Shown in pieces: positions 28,767-36,747 of a DNA stretch of 64,000 nucleotides; the stretch's first letter is position 1, and each line of letters begins with the position of its first letter. Below the pieces are notes generated by a model that did no database searches, was not told the origin of the DNA, and worked only from the letters and a program-made list of their open reading frames with translations. A program made the position numbers and the translations under genes. The stretch comes from Candidatus Acidiferrales bacterium (lineage in GTDB: Bacteria > Acidobacteriota > Terriglobia > Acidiferrales > UBA7541): assembly GCA_035603075.1 (NCBI GenBank), contig DATNLC010000032.1, positions 27,462 to 91,461 on the forward strand. Reading direction: 5' to 3'.

Positions 28767-28925
28767 ATGGCGATCCGCCGTAAGGACCCCAAGAAAATGA
28801 TCTCCGTTCGGCTGGAACGGAGTCTCCTTGCGAGGGTGGAAAGATATGCACGCCAGTTGGGATATGGCAGGTCGGCGGCCATCCGGCGGATCGTTCAATT
28901 GTGGTCGAAAGGGACTATCGCATAA
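28767..28925 (+). CDS. ribbon-helix-helix (CopG/Arc-type) DNA-binding protein
   Basis: Reads MAIRRKDPKKMISVRLERSLLARVERYARQLGYGRSAAIRRIV, which fits a beta-strand/helix/helix RHH pattern. 52 aa. Confidence 0.6.
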   Translation: MAIRRKDPKKMISVRLERSLLARVERYARQLGYGRSAAIRRIVQLWSKGTIA

Positions 28926-29224
28926 TGTCTCCCACTGAAGAAGATATCTCTACCGCTGCCCAATCCGTCGTCTCCTACACTATCGCGATCACGCCCAACA
29001 TGGCGGCGACCGAGTTGGCGAGTGAGTTGCGTAAAATCCGCGACCTCCTCAACCGTGCGTATCGGAACGCGCTACTCGAAGACAAAATGAACATTGCTCA
29101 TCCCGCGATGCAGGGGTTGATGGCGGCGACGGTGAATGTAGAGGGGTCGGCGAATGCGGTCGATCCGCCTAGAGTACTCGGAGCCGTGGATGACAGAGTG
29201 GTGAGAGGGATGGGGAGGGCGTGA
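28925..29224 (+). CDS. hypothetical helical protein coupled to the RHH gene
   Basis: 99 aa. TAATG overlap with the RHH stop. Confidence 0.45.
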   Translation: MSPTEEDISTAAQSVVSYTIAITPNMAATELASELRKIRDLLNRAYRNALLEDKMNIAHPAMQGLMAATVNVEGSANAVDPPRVLGAVDDRVVRGMGRA

Positions 29225-29382
29225 TGGGATTTGGAATTCCGCTAGCGACGCACGAATACACCAGACCAGAGCAATCGACGCCTATGTGTCCAACTACCGG
29301 AGTCCCATGCAGTCAATGCGAGTGCGGCGGAGTCGGATGCGGTGAATCGGCAGAGTCGAAAAAGGGCGATGACACCAAATGA
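29224..29382 (+). CDS. 52-aa Cys-rich peptide
   Basis: TGATG overlap at 29222-29226. Reads MGFGIPLATHEYTRPEQSTPMCPTTGVPCSQCECGGVGCGESAESKKGDDTK. Not in the ORF track because it is under 60 aa. Confidence 0.4.
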   Translation: MGFGIPLATHEYTRPEQSTPMCPTTGVPCSQCECGGVGCGESAESKKGDDTK

Positions 29383-29726
29383 GTATCTCTTTCGATCTCC
29401 CCAATCGGCCACTGTCCTTCTTCGCCTTCCACGCCTTGTACCGCGAGTGGTCGTACATGATCGCCAGTTGGTCTGTCTGTCTCGCCATCCTGACCGCGTT
29501 CTTCCACCTCGCCGCATGCTACATATTCGCGTCATCCGTAATTCTGTCGTTGTGCTTTATCGGGCTACTGACTTTGTTCTACGAACTTTCTCAGCACACG
29601 CCATCTTCCTATACCGAATGGCGGAGATTCCTTATCGTCATGCTAGGGTATTGGTCAATTATCACATTCGCCGCCGGGCTGGTTGTTGGCTCATACCAGT
29701 TTTGCAATCGAGGTCTTCCGCAATGA
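29379..29726 (+). CDS. small integral membrane protein (about 3 TM)
   Basis: 115 aa with ATGA overlaps at both ends. Hydrophobic stretches include MIASWSVCLAILTAFFHLAA, IFASSVILSLCFIGLLTLFY and FLIVMLGYWSIITFAAGLVVG. Confidence 0.55.
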   Translation: MSISFDLPNRPLSFFAFHALYREWSYMIASWSVCLAILTAFFHLAACYIFASSVILSLCFIGLLTLFYELSQHTPSSYTEWRRFLIVMLGYWSIITFAAGLVVGSYQFCNRGLPQ

Positions 29727-30049
29727 CCACCACCAATTTCTCCCACGCTCTCCCCGACACACTGACCCGCGAACAGATCGAGACCTCGGTCATCGTCATG
29801 GTGAGCGAGCAGTCCGGCCTGCCAGTCACGCTCACGACCGATCTCAGACAGATCAAACTGGATTCGCTCGATTACGTGTCATTGGCCTCGTGGATGGAGT
29901 CGGAGTTCAATCTCCCGCCGATATCGGATGTCGACCTGTTTCGGTTTCAAGTCGTGTCACAGTTGGTCGACTACGTGGTCGCAGCCAAAGCAGAGTTGGC
30001 GAAAGCGGCGGAGTCGAGAGTAAGACAGGAAGCGGAGCAAACGGTGTGA
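29723..30049 (+). CDS. acyl carrier protein-like (phosphopantetheine carrier) protein
   Basis: 108 aa. SEQSGLPVTLTTDLRQIKLDSLDYVSLASWMESEFNLPPISDVDL...QLVDYV aligns by eye with E. coli AcpP ([41 protein letters not shown]..AIDYI), including the DSL serine. Confidence 0.7.
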   Translation: MTTTNFSHALPDTLTREQIETSVIVMVSEQSGLPVTLTTDLRQIKLDSLDYVSLASWMESEFNLPPISDVDLFRFQVVSQLVDYVVAAKAELAKAAESRVRQEAEQTV

Positions 30050-30050
30050 T

Positions 30051-30248
30051 ATGGGAGTCGTCCCCGGACCATACGACGTTCACGGCTGGCACGCTTTCAG
30101 GAGTGGCTGGCAGGGTGAGTCTTGGTGCGCGGAATGCGACTGCTTGGGATCTCGGCACGTATCCGAACAGGAATATGAATCTCGTAAAGCGGAATTTGAA
30201 GCGGATGCCAAGCGTTTTAACCGAATGTGCGAAGAAGAGGAGATATGA
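30051..30248 (+). CDS. small hypothetical protein (WCAECDC motif, acidic C-terminus)
   Basis: 65 aa, starting 1 nt after the ACP stop. Confidence 0.4.
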   Translation: MGVVPGPYDVHGWHAFRSGWQGESWCAECDCLGSRHVSEQEYESRKAEFEADAKRFNRMCEEEEI

Positions 30249-30249
30249 G

Positions 30250-30618
30250 ATGAATCGCAGACTGTTTCTGGGCAAGGGCGTGATGGGGATGGTGGGGGCG
30301 ATCGCGGCGGCAATAGCAGTACCATTTACGAAGAATGAGCGCTCGTTCCAAGAGGAAGCTGCCGCCAAGGCGGTGGAAGAAATAACGTTCGAGCGGCGGG
30401 TGCGGGCGGCAATGCAGCGTGCGGATTGGGACGCTCTCGATCCCAAATCTCCGGGTGCATTCATCCGCAAGAGTAACAATGTCGCAGGCGATTTGGAGTT
30501 CACGCGCAAAGCGGATTTCCCGTACAAAGATTCTGTTAAGGGTTTGAAGGAGTTGCATATCCGTTTGGATCGATTGGCGCGCGCACTCCGGGCCAATGCC
30601 GTAGAGGATATTACCTAG
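30250..30618 (+). CDS. Tat-signal protein carrying a portal-like segment
   Basis: The N-terminus MNRRLFLGKGVMGMVGAIAAAIAVP fits a twin-arginine RRxFL motif plus an h-region. Residues RADWDALDPKSPGAFIRKSNNVAGDLEFTRKADFPY parallel the portal segment KADWDALDPGAAGGKIATNNNAPGKLEFAKRAEFPF. Confidence 0.55.
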   Translation: MNRRLFLGKGVMGMVGAIAAAIAVPFTKNERSFQEEAAAKAVEEITFERRVRAAMQRADWDALDPKSPGAFIRKSNNVAGDLEFTRKADFPYKDSVKGLKELHIRLDRLARALRANAVEDIT

Positions 30619-31329
30619 GTGAGCGATTCCATCCTCTCTGTATTCGCCGCCGACGATTGGCGTATGGGCGACCTCCAAATAGTCCCCTATGACCGCCGCC
30701 GCGTTGACATCTTCGGCACCGGATACCTGCTTCATTTGTACAACGAATGTCTCCTGTCCCGCCCGACCGACCCATACGGCATCCTCAGCGACGTATTCTG
30801 CGGAATGACCGACCTGTCCGCCGATGCGATCTGCTCTTATCTCGCCAACAAACCTATCAGTCTCCTCTGCGTCCACACCTCCGCTACCGAATTCACTCCC
30901 GCTGGATTCTGCTGGCCAACGGAAGTGATACGAGCGCAATCGACCAGCTCGGCATTCTGTGCGTTCGCATTTTTCCGCAACTGGTGGGGAACTCCCGAAT
31001 GCACCGTACTCGGAATGCTGGGTATCGCCTACCTGTTCGAGAGTTTGGTATTGACCGCCATCCACGGGCAACGGTACGCTACTAACGAGCCTGCCGCACG
31101 GTGGATGCGGCAATTCGGAGCCAAGGATATCGGGGTGGTCCCATATCTGTTACGCTCCCACGACGGCGGACTCGAAGCGTGTACGGTATCGACACTGTTA
31201 CGGGCGGATTTTGAAGCGTACACTCGCAAACAGTTAATCACACTCGCGGGAGCGGCGGTCACGAATGGGCAAGTCGGGGAACAATCTCAACGACGTGAAC
31301 CCGCAAGTCCAGCAATCCCTTCTGTCTAA
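30619..31329 (+). CDS. GNAT-fold-like (acyl/acetyltransferase-like) protein, tentative
   Basis: 236 aa with a GTG start next to the previous TAG. The C-terminal half (AFCAFAFFRNWWGTPECTVLGMLGIAYLFESLVLTAIHGQRYATNEPAARWMRQFGAKDIGVVP) resembles a GNAT core ending in N..A.r....GF. It overlaps the next gene by 65 nt. Confidence 0.35.
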   Translation: MSDSILSVFAADDWRMGDLQIVPYDRRRVDIFGTGYLLHLYNECLLSRPTDPYGILSDVFCGMTDLSADAICSYLANKPISLLCVHTSATEFTPAGFCWPTEVIRAQSTSSAFCAFAFFRNWWGTPECTVLGMLGIAYLFESLVLTAIHGQRYATNEPAARWMRQFGAKDIGVVPYLLRSHDGGLEACTVSTLLRADFEAYTRKQLITLAGAAVTNGQVGEQSQRREPASPAIPSV

Positions 31330-31879
31330 TTCCACGGCACTCACAAATATAGCTTCCCAGCAGAGTCAGAATGCCGAGCAACTCTACAATCTGACGGAGC
31401 CGGGGCTGGTGACCGCAGAGGACCAGTACCAAAAATTGGCATCCGGCGATCCTGCCGCGATCATGCAGGCCATTGCTCCAGCGGCACAACAGACAGCCCA
31501 AGCCACTGCTGGTGCCCGCGCTAATATCATGGCGAATGATCCATCTGGCGGCGAGAAGAACCTTGCACTGGAGCAAACCGACGTTAACCGCGGCGCGCAG
31601 ATATCCAGTGCGGCATCGGGGGCTACTCTCAATGCTCCGAACGCACTGGGTCAACTCGCTAGCCAAGGGATCAGTGAATCTACGGCAGCGACCAATTCTG
31701 GTATCAGTGGGCTGTCCAACGCCAATCAGGGGATATCGTCGTTGCAGGGGTTGGAATACCAAGGGGAGCAAATCTCCGCTCAGGAAAAAGGATCGACGCT
31801 CGGCGCGTTAGGGAGTCTGGCCGGCGCAGGTGCAAGCGCGTATGGATCGTATGCGGCGTTGGCGTTGTTAGCGGCATAA
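31265..31879 (+). CDS. internal virion / ejection protein candidate (small)
   Basis: 204 aa, Gln/Asn/Ala/Ser-rich with a hydrophobic C-terminus (LGALGSLAGAGASAYGSYAALALLAA). It is the first of three genes in the position of podovirus core proteins. Confidence 0.45.
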   Translation: MGKSGNNLNDVNPQVQQSLLSNSTALTNIASQQSQNAEQLYNLTEPGLVTAEDQYQKLASGDPAAIMQAIAPAAQQTAQATAGARANIMANDPSGGEKNLALEQTDVNRGAQISSAASGATLNAPNALGQLASQGISESTAATNSGISGLSNANQGISSLQGLEYQGEQISAQEKGSTLGALGSLAGAGASAYGSYAALALLAA

Positions 31880-31900
31880 GCGGCGTAACTGTACAACTGT

Positions 31901-33625
31901 ATGTCCACATCTCCCGCCACTCCCGACTACTCTCCAACCAGTAAAACGCCGTACCGCGCGCCGGAAACTCCTCCGCTCCCCGAGATCGCCGCGCCGCCCG
32001 CCCATGCCGACATGCAACAACCAGCCGCTCCGTCGATGGTCGGCGGCAAGACCAAAGGGATAGCGGTTATTGCCACCCTCGCCGACTCGATTCTTCGCGG
32101 CGCGGTGCGCGGGCGGGATTACGCCAACCAGGTCAAGGCCCAAAAACAGCAGCGGATGGCACAGGGGCTGAACTACAACTATCAAACGGCGCGCAACAAC
32201 TATCTCGGCATGCTCAAGTCGGGTGCCGATCCCAACTCCAAACAAGTCCAGGAAGCCAAGAACGCCGCCGACGCCGCATGGGAGATCCAGCAGCAGTTCT
32301 ACCAGAATATGTTCGGGCAGGATCAGGGCAAAAAGGGAAAGAGCAAGAAGTCGTCATCCAACTCCAGTTCCCAGAGCGGAAGTGATCCACAATCTCAACA
32401 GCCGAATCCGATGGCGATGTGGGCGTCCGGTGATCCCGTGCAGAGATTGCAGGCGGCGATGATTATCAGGCAGAAGGCGGGGCCGGATTACCAGGGAGAG
32501 GCGGCGCAATATACGAGTCCACAGTACCGTCGCCAGATAGAACTGATGCGCGGTGAGCAGCGCGTCGAGGGAGATATCCAGCAGAAGCGGATCGACCTGC
32601 ATGATCTCCAGGGTATGGACCCGGCGAAACTGACTCCCGATCAGGAGTCGAAACTGGAGCGGTTGCGGACTGACCCCGAGTTGTTCCCGCAGATGGCGAA
32701 GGGGGACAAAAAGATCAGCCAGTATGTCGGGCAGGACGGCAAGGAGCACTTGATCTGGCAAAAGCCGGATGGAGAAACGTACGAGTCATTGGGTACGGGT
32801 GATGTTCGCAAGCCCGTGTCGGAGACCAAGCCGATACGTGCATGGTCTAAAGACACTCACGGCAAGCCATTCAGTGTCGAAGTCGATCCCAAGACTAACC
32901 AGATAATTCCCGGCACGGAGAACCATGATCTCGTGCCGCCGAGCGATACCAAACAGATATTCGACACCGTGCGTACAGGCGAGTTCAGTTGGAAAGACGA
33001 ACAAGGGCAATTGCACCGGACGCAGACATCTACGACGACCGAACACGTGCCGAGGGGCACAGCAGGTGGAGCAGCACACGCTGCGCCATCGGGATCGGGG
33101 TCAGCGTCCGGTGGCGGTGGCATTCCCCCTTCCACTCCCGGTGACCGCATTATTGGATCGACTGGCCCAACCGGGCAGACTAAATCCCGCGCTGACGCCG
33201 CCGACTCGGTGATGAAACTATTGCCTCAAGTCCGCGACCTGATAAAAGACCCGCAGGTACGCGAGCAACTCGGCGCTCTTCCCGGCAGGTGGTCGGAGGT
33301 GGAAGCCAAACTGGGCACACTCGATCCTAAGACCAGAGAACTACTGGGCGCGCTCAAATCCGTATACTCTCTCGCGGGCGCGATGCACGGCTGGCGAAGC
33401 GTAAAAGTAGCCGATGAATTCGAGAAAGCCTACGGTGGGCTGCATACCGATCCGGATTCGCTGCTTGCGGGCATGGATGCGATGGAGAAGACGGCGAAGG
33501 CCGTGTATGAGACCGGATACAAGCATCCAGACAAGAGTGCGGGCGGAGGAGACGGTAAGTCCAATGCTCCGTTGCCGTCTGAACTAAAAAATAAACTGGA
33601 TACCGATTTTGGTCCCGCAAAGTAG
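31901..33625 (+). CDS. internal virion / ejection protein candidate (medium)
   Basis: 574 aa. Pro-rich N-terminus, Gln/Lys-rich helical middle, Ser-rich and Gly-rich low-complexity tracts. Confidence 0.45.
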   Translation: MSTSPATPDYSPTSKTPYRAPETPPLPEIAAPPAHADMQQPAAPSMVGGKTKGIAVIATLADSILRGAVRGRDYANQVKAQKQQRMAQGLNYNYQTARNNYLGMLKSGADPNSKQVQEAKNAADAAWEIQQQFYQNMFGQDQGKKGKSKKSSSNSSSQSGSDPQSQQPNPMAMWASGDPVQRLQAAMIIRQKAGPDYQGEAAQYTSPQYRRQIELMRGEQRVEGDIQQKRIDLHDLQGMDPAKLTPDQESKLERLRTDPELFPQMAKGDKKISQYVGQDGKEHLIWQKPDGETYESLGTGDVRKPVSETKPIRAWSKDTHGKPFSVEVDPKTNQIIPGTENHDLVPPSDTKQIFDTVRTGEFSWKDEQGQLHRTQTSTTTEHVPRGTAGGAAHAAPSGSGSASGGGGIPPSTPGDRIIGSTGPTGQTKSRADAADSVMKLLPQVRDLIKDPQVREQLGALPGRWSEVEAKLGTLDPKTRELLGALKSVYSLAGAMHGWRSVKVADEFEKAYGGLHTDPDSLLAGMDAMEKTAKAVYETGYKHPDKSAGGGDGKSNAPLPSELKNKLDTDFGPAK

Positions 33626-33637
33626 AATGGTCGTGAT

Positions 33638-35779
33638 ATGGCTGACTCGAATGCAGCGTCCGCTCCCGCCGCTCCCGCCACTACCGCTGTCGATCCAGCC
33701 GTAGCCTCCGCAACCTCCCCATCCAAACTAACTATTCCGCAATTCGCGTCTGAAATCCGCAAGCGCAAGCCGGGATACGATGGATTGGCTGACGATGTGC
33801 TTGTCCGCGAGGTTCTCGCCCGCCGTCCCGACTACACACAATACATCCAGACCGCTGAACCGCGTCCGCGACTCAAGAATAATCGTGAACCGTCATTCGA
33901 TCAGCGCACACAGAAGTTCTTTGAAAACCACCCAAAGATCAGGGAAGCGGCACTCGGTGCGGCATCGGGGTTGGGCATACCGGAGTCCCTGCATCCAGTC
34001 GCCGATATGGCGAAAGGGTTCGTTCACACTGTCGCCGATGCCCCGCAAACTACAGATGAGCAGGCGCTGGTGTCACATGATCCGAACGCGCGTATCCTGC
34101 TCCCCGCGTACCGCATGGTTAAGGGGATTATTCAACAGACCTACGGATATGGTCAGGAGGCGTTTGACTCTATCGACTGGGGGAAGATGAAATTCAAGCC
34201 CGGCGATGAAGGTGCCCCCAAGACCGCGCATGCGCTGGCCGGGCTGGCGACTGAGATCGTGTCCATGATCGCGGGTGGAAAGAAAGTTCCCGAAGCGGGA
34301 GAGGCGGCGGTACATGCCGGAGGGACAGCGGCAAAGGTGGTCACAGAGGGTCCGACTGTCACCGCGCAGCGTATGGCGGGGACGGGACCGAGACTGGCCA
34401 CAAAAGTCGCAGAAGGGGTAGTCGAGGAATCCGATAAAGCCGCAGCCGGAGCGGCCAAAGCCAAGACTGAGTTCACCGATAAATTGTCTGAGCACCGCGC
34501 TGGAAAAGTGGAAGCATCGCGGATTGAAACTCAACACGAAGGGTTGAAGCGGGCGCAAGCGGCTGCTGCCGAGAAGGCAATCGAGAACGCCAAGTCTACT
34601 CACAAAGCGGTGAGGTCGGCGCTGGATCAGCGGTGGAATGGACTGCGAGAAAAAGTAGGAGTAGACGCTCCGGTAGAAGCACCTCCACTATACAGCGCGG
34701 TCGAGAGCGGGAGGGCAATGCTTGCCGGCGTTCCCGCCGACCTCAAGATATTCAATGACATCGTAAAAGAAGTTACCGAAAAGGGGGAAAAGGTAGAAAA
34801 CGAGCGTGGTGAACTACAGGGTGTTCCGAAGCAGTCCATCCCGTTTGACGATGCACGGACTCAGTATTCCGTGATCGGCGAGAAAGCTTACGCCGCAGAT
34901 GGGATCGTTCGCAAGGCGCTGTTTCAGTTGTACGACGCATACGATAAAGCGTTGAACGTCACTGCCAACAAAGCGGGTGCGGGTGCGGACTATACCGCCC
35001 TCAAGCGCGACTGGAAATCCTATATGCAGGACTGGCACGATATGAGCGGGCAGGCGACGGGCGGGAGTCCGCTGGCGAGATTGTACCGGGCCAATCCAAC
35101 GGATGTAGATGTAGCGAAGGGAATCGCATCCGGTAAGTTTGGGAATCGTTTACTACAAACTATGGGCAAGTACCGCAAATTCGGAGCCGACCCGGAACTG
35201 GCACAGTCCATGCGAAAGTACGTGGCGGTTGAGAAGGCGTTGCCGAATAAAGTCAAGGTACCGCCAAAGCCTGAATACACGTCGCCGGGTCCGGTACGTC
35301 CACCGAACCTTGAGGACATCATTCAGAAGACGAAGGAAGCCAAAATCGAGCAAGCGAAGGAAGCCAAGGATAAATCTCTAACGTTATCTAATCGCGATGC
35401 CGTGCTTGGCGGACTTTCGGCTGCTGGTGTATTCGGTTTGCACAACATATCTTGGGCGCTCCCCTATATGGTAGCCCGCGTTGGAGAAGCTGTATTGGTC
35501 AGTTCCGAAATGGGTCAGCGGTGGCTGTCACGGATTACGCCACAGGACATAGCCGCGATCAACGAGGTACTAGCCAAAGCCCCGGACAAGCGTGTGCCCG
35601 TCCAGAATGCAATCACGCAAGGACTGGTCGAGAAAGCGCGCAAGGGAGAAAAGTTGCCACCGTTAAATACTTTCTCGGGGCTGTTGTCACGGGCGCAAAT
35701 GGGTGCGATATTGAAAGTGGCGGCACCGCCAGCGGTACCAGCGGGACAACAACAGCAGCCGCCGCAACAAGTTCAGTAG
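33638..35779 (+). CDS. internal virion / ejection protein candidate (large)
   Basis: 713 aa, Ala/Lys/Glu-rich and helical. Has a hydrophobic segment near the C-terminus (LGGLSAAGVFGLHNISWALPYMVARV) and a poly-Q tail. Confidence 0.45.
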   Translation: MADSNAASAPAAPATTAVDPAVASATSPSKLTIPQFASEIRKRKPGYDGLADDVLVREVLARRPDYTQYIQTAEPRPRLKNNREPSFDQRTQKFFENHPKIREAALGAASGLGIPESLHPVADMAKGFVHTVADAPQTTDEQALVSHDPNARILLPAYRMVKGIIQQTYGYGQEAFDSIDWGKMKFKPGDEGAPKTAHALAGLATEIVSMIAGGKKVPEAGEAAVHAGGTAAKVVTEGPTVTAQRMAGTGPRLATKVAEGVVEESDKAAAGAAKAKTEFTDKLSEHRAGKVEASRIETQHEGLKRAQAAAAEKAIENAKSTHKAVRSALDQRWNGLREKVGVDAPVEAPPLYSAVESGRAMLAGVPADLKIFNDIVKEVTEKGEKVENERGELQGVPKQSIPFDDARTQYSVIGEKAYAADGIVRKALFQLYDAYDKALNVTANKAGAGADYTALKRDWKSYMQDWHDMSGQATGGSPLARLYRANPTDVDVAKGIASGKFGNRLLQTMGKYRKFGADPELAQSMRKYVAVEKALPNKVKVPPKPEYTSPGPVRPPNLEDIIQKTKEAKIEQAKEAKDKSLTLSNRDAVLGGLSAAGVFGLHNISWALPYMVARVGEAVLVSSEMGQRWLSRITPQDIAAINEVLAKAPDKRVPVQNAITQGLVEKARKGEKLPPLNTFSGLLSRAQMGAILKVAAPPAVPAGQQQQPPQQVQ

Positions 35780-35837
35780 TCGATTAAACCCGCTATTTAG
35801 GGCGCGCATCTAGCGGGTATGCCAGCAGAGGCCGTTC

Positions 35838-36158
35838 ATGGCGGTCAAACTGGATGCTGTGGGCGTCTATGCTTCCCCTACACAGAATGTAAACAAGAAG
35901 CAGCCTAATTTTATGATCGTCGATCTCAACGGCATCTACGTCGAACACTCACTCGTTGCGGTGATCAGGGAATCGTCTCTCGACTCCGATCAGACCGTGA
36001 TTTTCACGCCGGGGCAGTCTGCTATTGATGGCGGTCACCTGATCGACATGCCCGTTGAAGAAGTGATCGAGGCGTTGAACGCTTCCCACATGCAGGCCAT
36101 CGCAGAACGGTTGCTGGAGGACGCCGAAGCGGAACGGTTATCGGCTGCTCAAAGTTGA
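35838..36158 (+). CDS. hypothetical protein
   Basis: 106-aa ORF after a hairpin-containing spacer. It overlaps the convergent minus-strand gene by 10 nt. Confidence 0.45.
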   Translation: MAVKLDAVGVYASPTQNVNKKQPNFMIVDLNGIYVEHSLVAVIRESSLDSDQTVIFTPGQSAIDGGHLIDMPVEEVIEALNASHMQAIAERLLEDAEAERLSAAQS

Positions 36159-36733
36159 TCGATTCCCAAAATGTGATCCAATTCCCGCACCATCCTCATC
36201 GCCCCGCTTGGCGACAACGGGAACCCATCTCTCACCGCGTCCGCAAGCGCTTTAGCGTCTACAAATCTTGCCAGCAACTCGCACGCCCGCATCGCTTTCA
36301 GTATCGGGTCGCGTATCTGCTTGATCCTTTTGATCTCGGCGTCGATGGTCGCCGCATATTGTCTTGGCCGCCGAATCACTACCTCACTCAATCCAGCCAG
36401 CCACAACAGCAGGCTGATCCGATCCAGATGTTTCATCTCCACCACATGCCCGCCCTTCCGGCATAAAGGGCGATTAGCAAGAGTAGCCAGCCGTTGCAGC
36501 AGACGATGCAGAGAGGTGACGGATATCCATCCCCCCTGCTTGACGGGAATCGCGGGCGCAATCGAGCACAGTTGCCTCAGCCGGACGGAACTGACGAAGA
36601 TGCCGAGTTCGTTGGTGTGTTTTCGGCTCTTTCGCCGGTAGGCGAATCCTCGTGAAACAAGAATAGTGGATACTTCATGCAGGGATATCACGGGGCGGTC
36701 GTTGAAAGGGCGAGGTTTAGGCGTCCGAGCCAC
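36149..36733 (-). CDS. antisense hypothetical protein (possible HTH DNA-binding), moron-like
   Basis: 194 aa with a GTG start at 36733. Apart from the HNH gene, it is the only minus-strand gene in the late region. The C-terminal LADAVRDGFPLSPSGAMRMVREL is HTH-like. No SD is present. Confidence 0.5.
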   Translation of the reverse strand: MARTPKPRPFNDRPVISLHEVSTILVSRGFAYRRKSRKHTNELGIFVSSVRLRQLCSIAPAIPVKQGGWISVTSLHRLLQRLATLANRPLCRKGGHVVEMKHLDRISLLLWLAGLSEVVIRRPRQYAATIDAEIKRIKQIRDPILKAMRACELLARFVDAKALADAVRDGFPLSPSGAMRMVRELDHILGIDQL

Positions 36734-36739
36734 AGTGCG

Positions 36740-36747
36740 ATTATAAT
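36740..36747. promoter_or_regulatory. palindromic ATTATAAT reading as a TATAAT -10 box on both strands in a 23-bp divergent spacer
   Basis: On the plus strand, TATAAT 36742-36747 lies 9 nt before ATG 36757. On the minus strand, TATAAT (36745 down to 36740) lies 6 nt before GTG 36733. Neither direction has a good -35 box or an SD. Confidence 0.35.

Noticed and set aside
29342-30249. Long plus-strand ORFs 29342-30049 (235 aa) and 29683-30618 (311 aa) taken at face value
   Set aside because: Their 5' parts are out-of-frame overlaps of the membrane-protein and ACP-like genes. Only the 3' parts (29723-30049 and 30250-30618) start at ATGs positioned at or just after the preceding stop codons and give recognisable proteins.
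35788-35818. Hairpin ACCCGCTA / TAGCGGGT after the 713-aa gene, considered as a terminator
   Set aside because: The stem is only 8 bp, the loop is 15 nt and there is no downstream T-run. It may be a weak RNA structure but is not a convincing intrinsic terminator.
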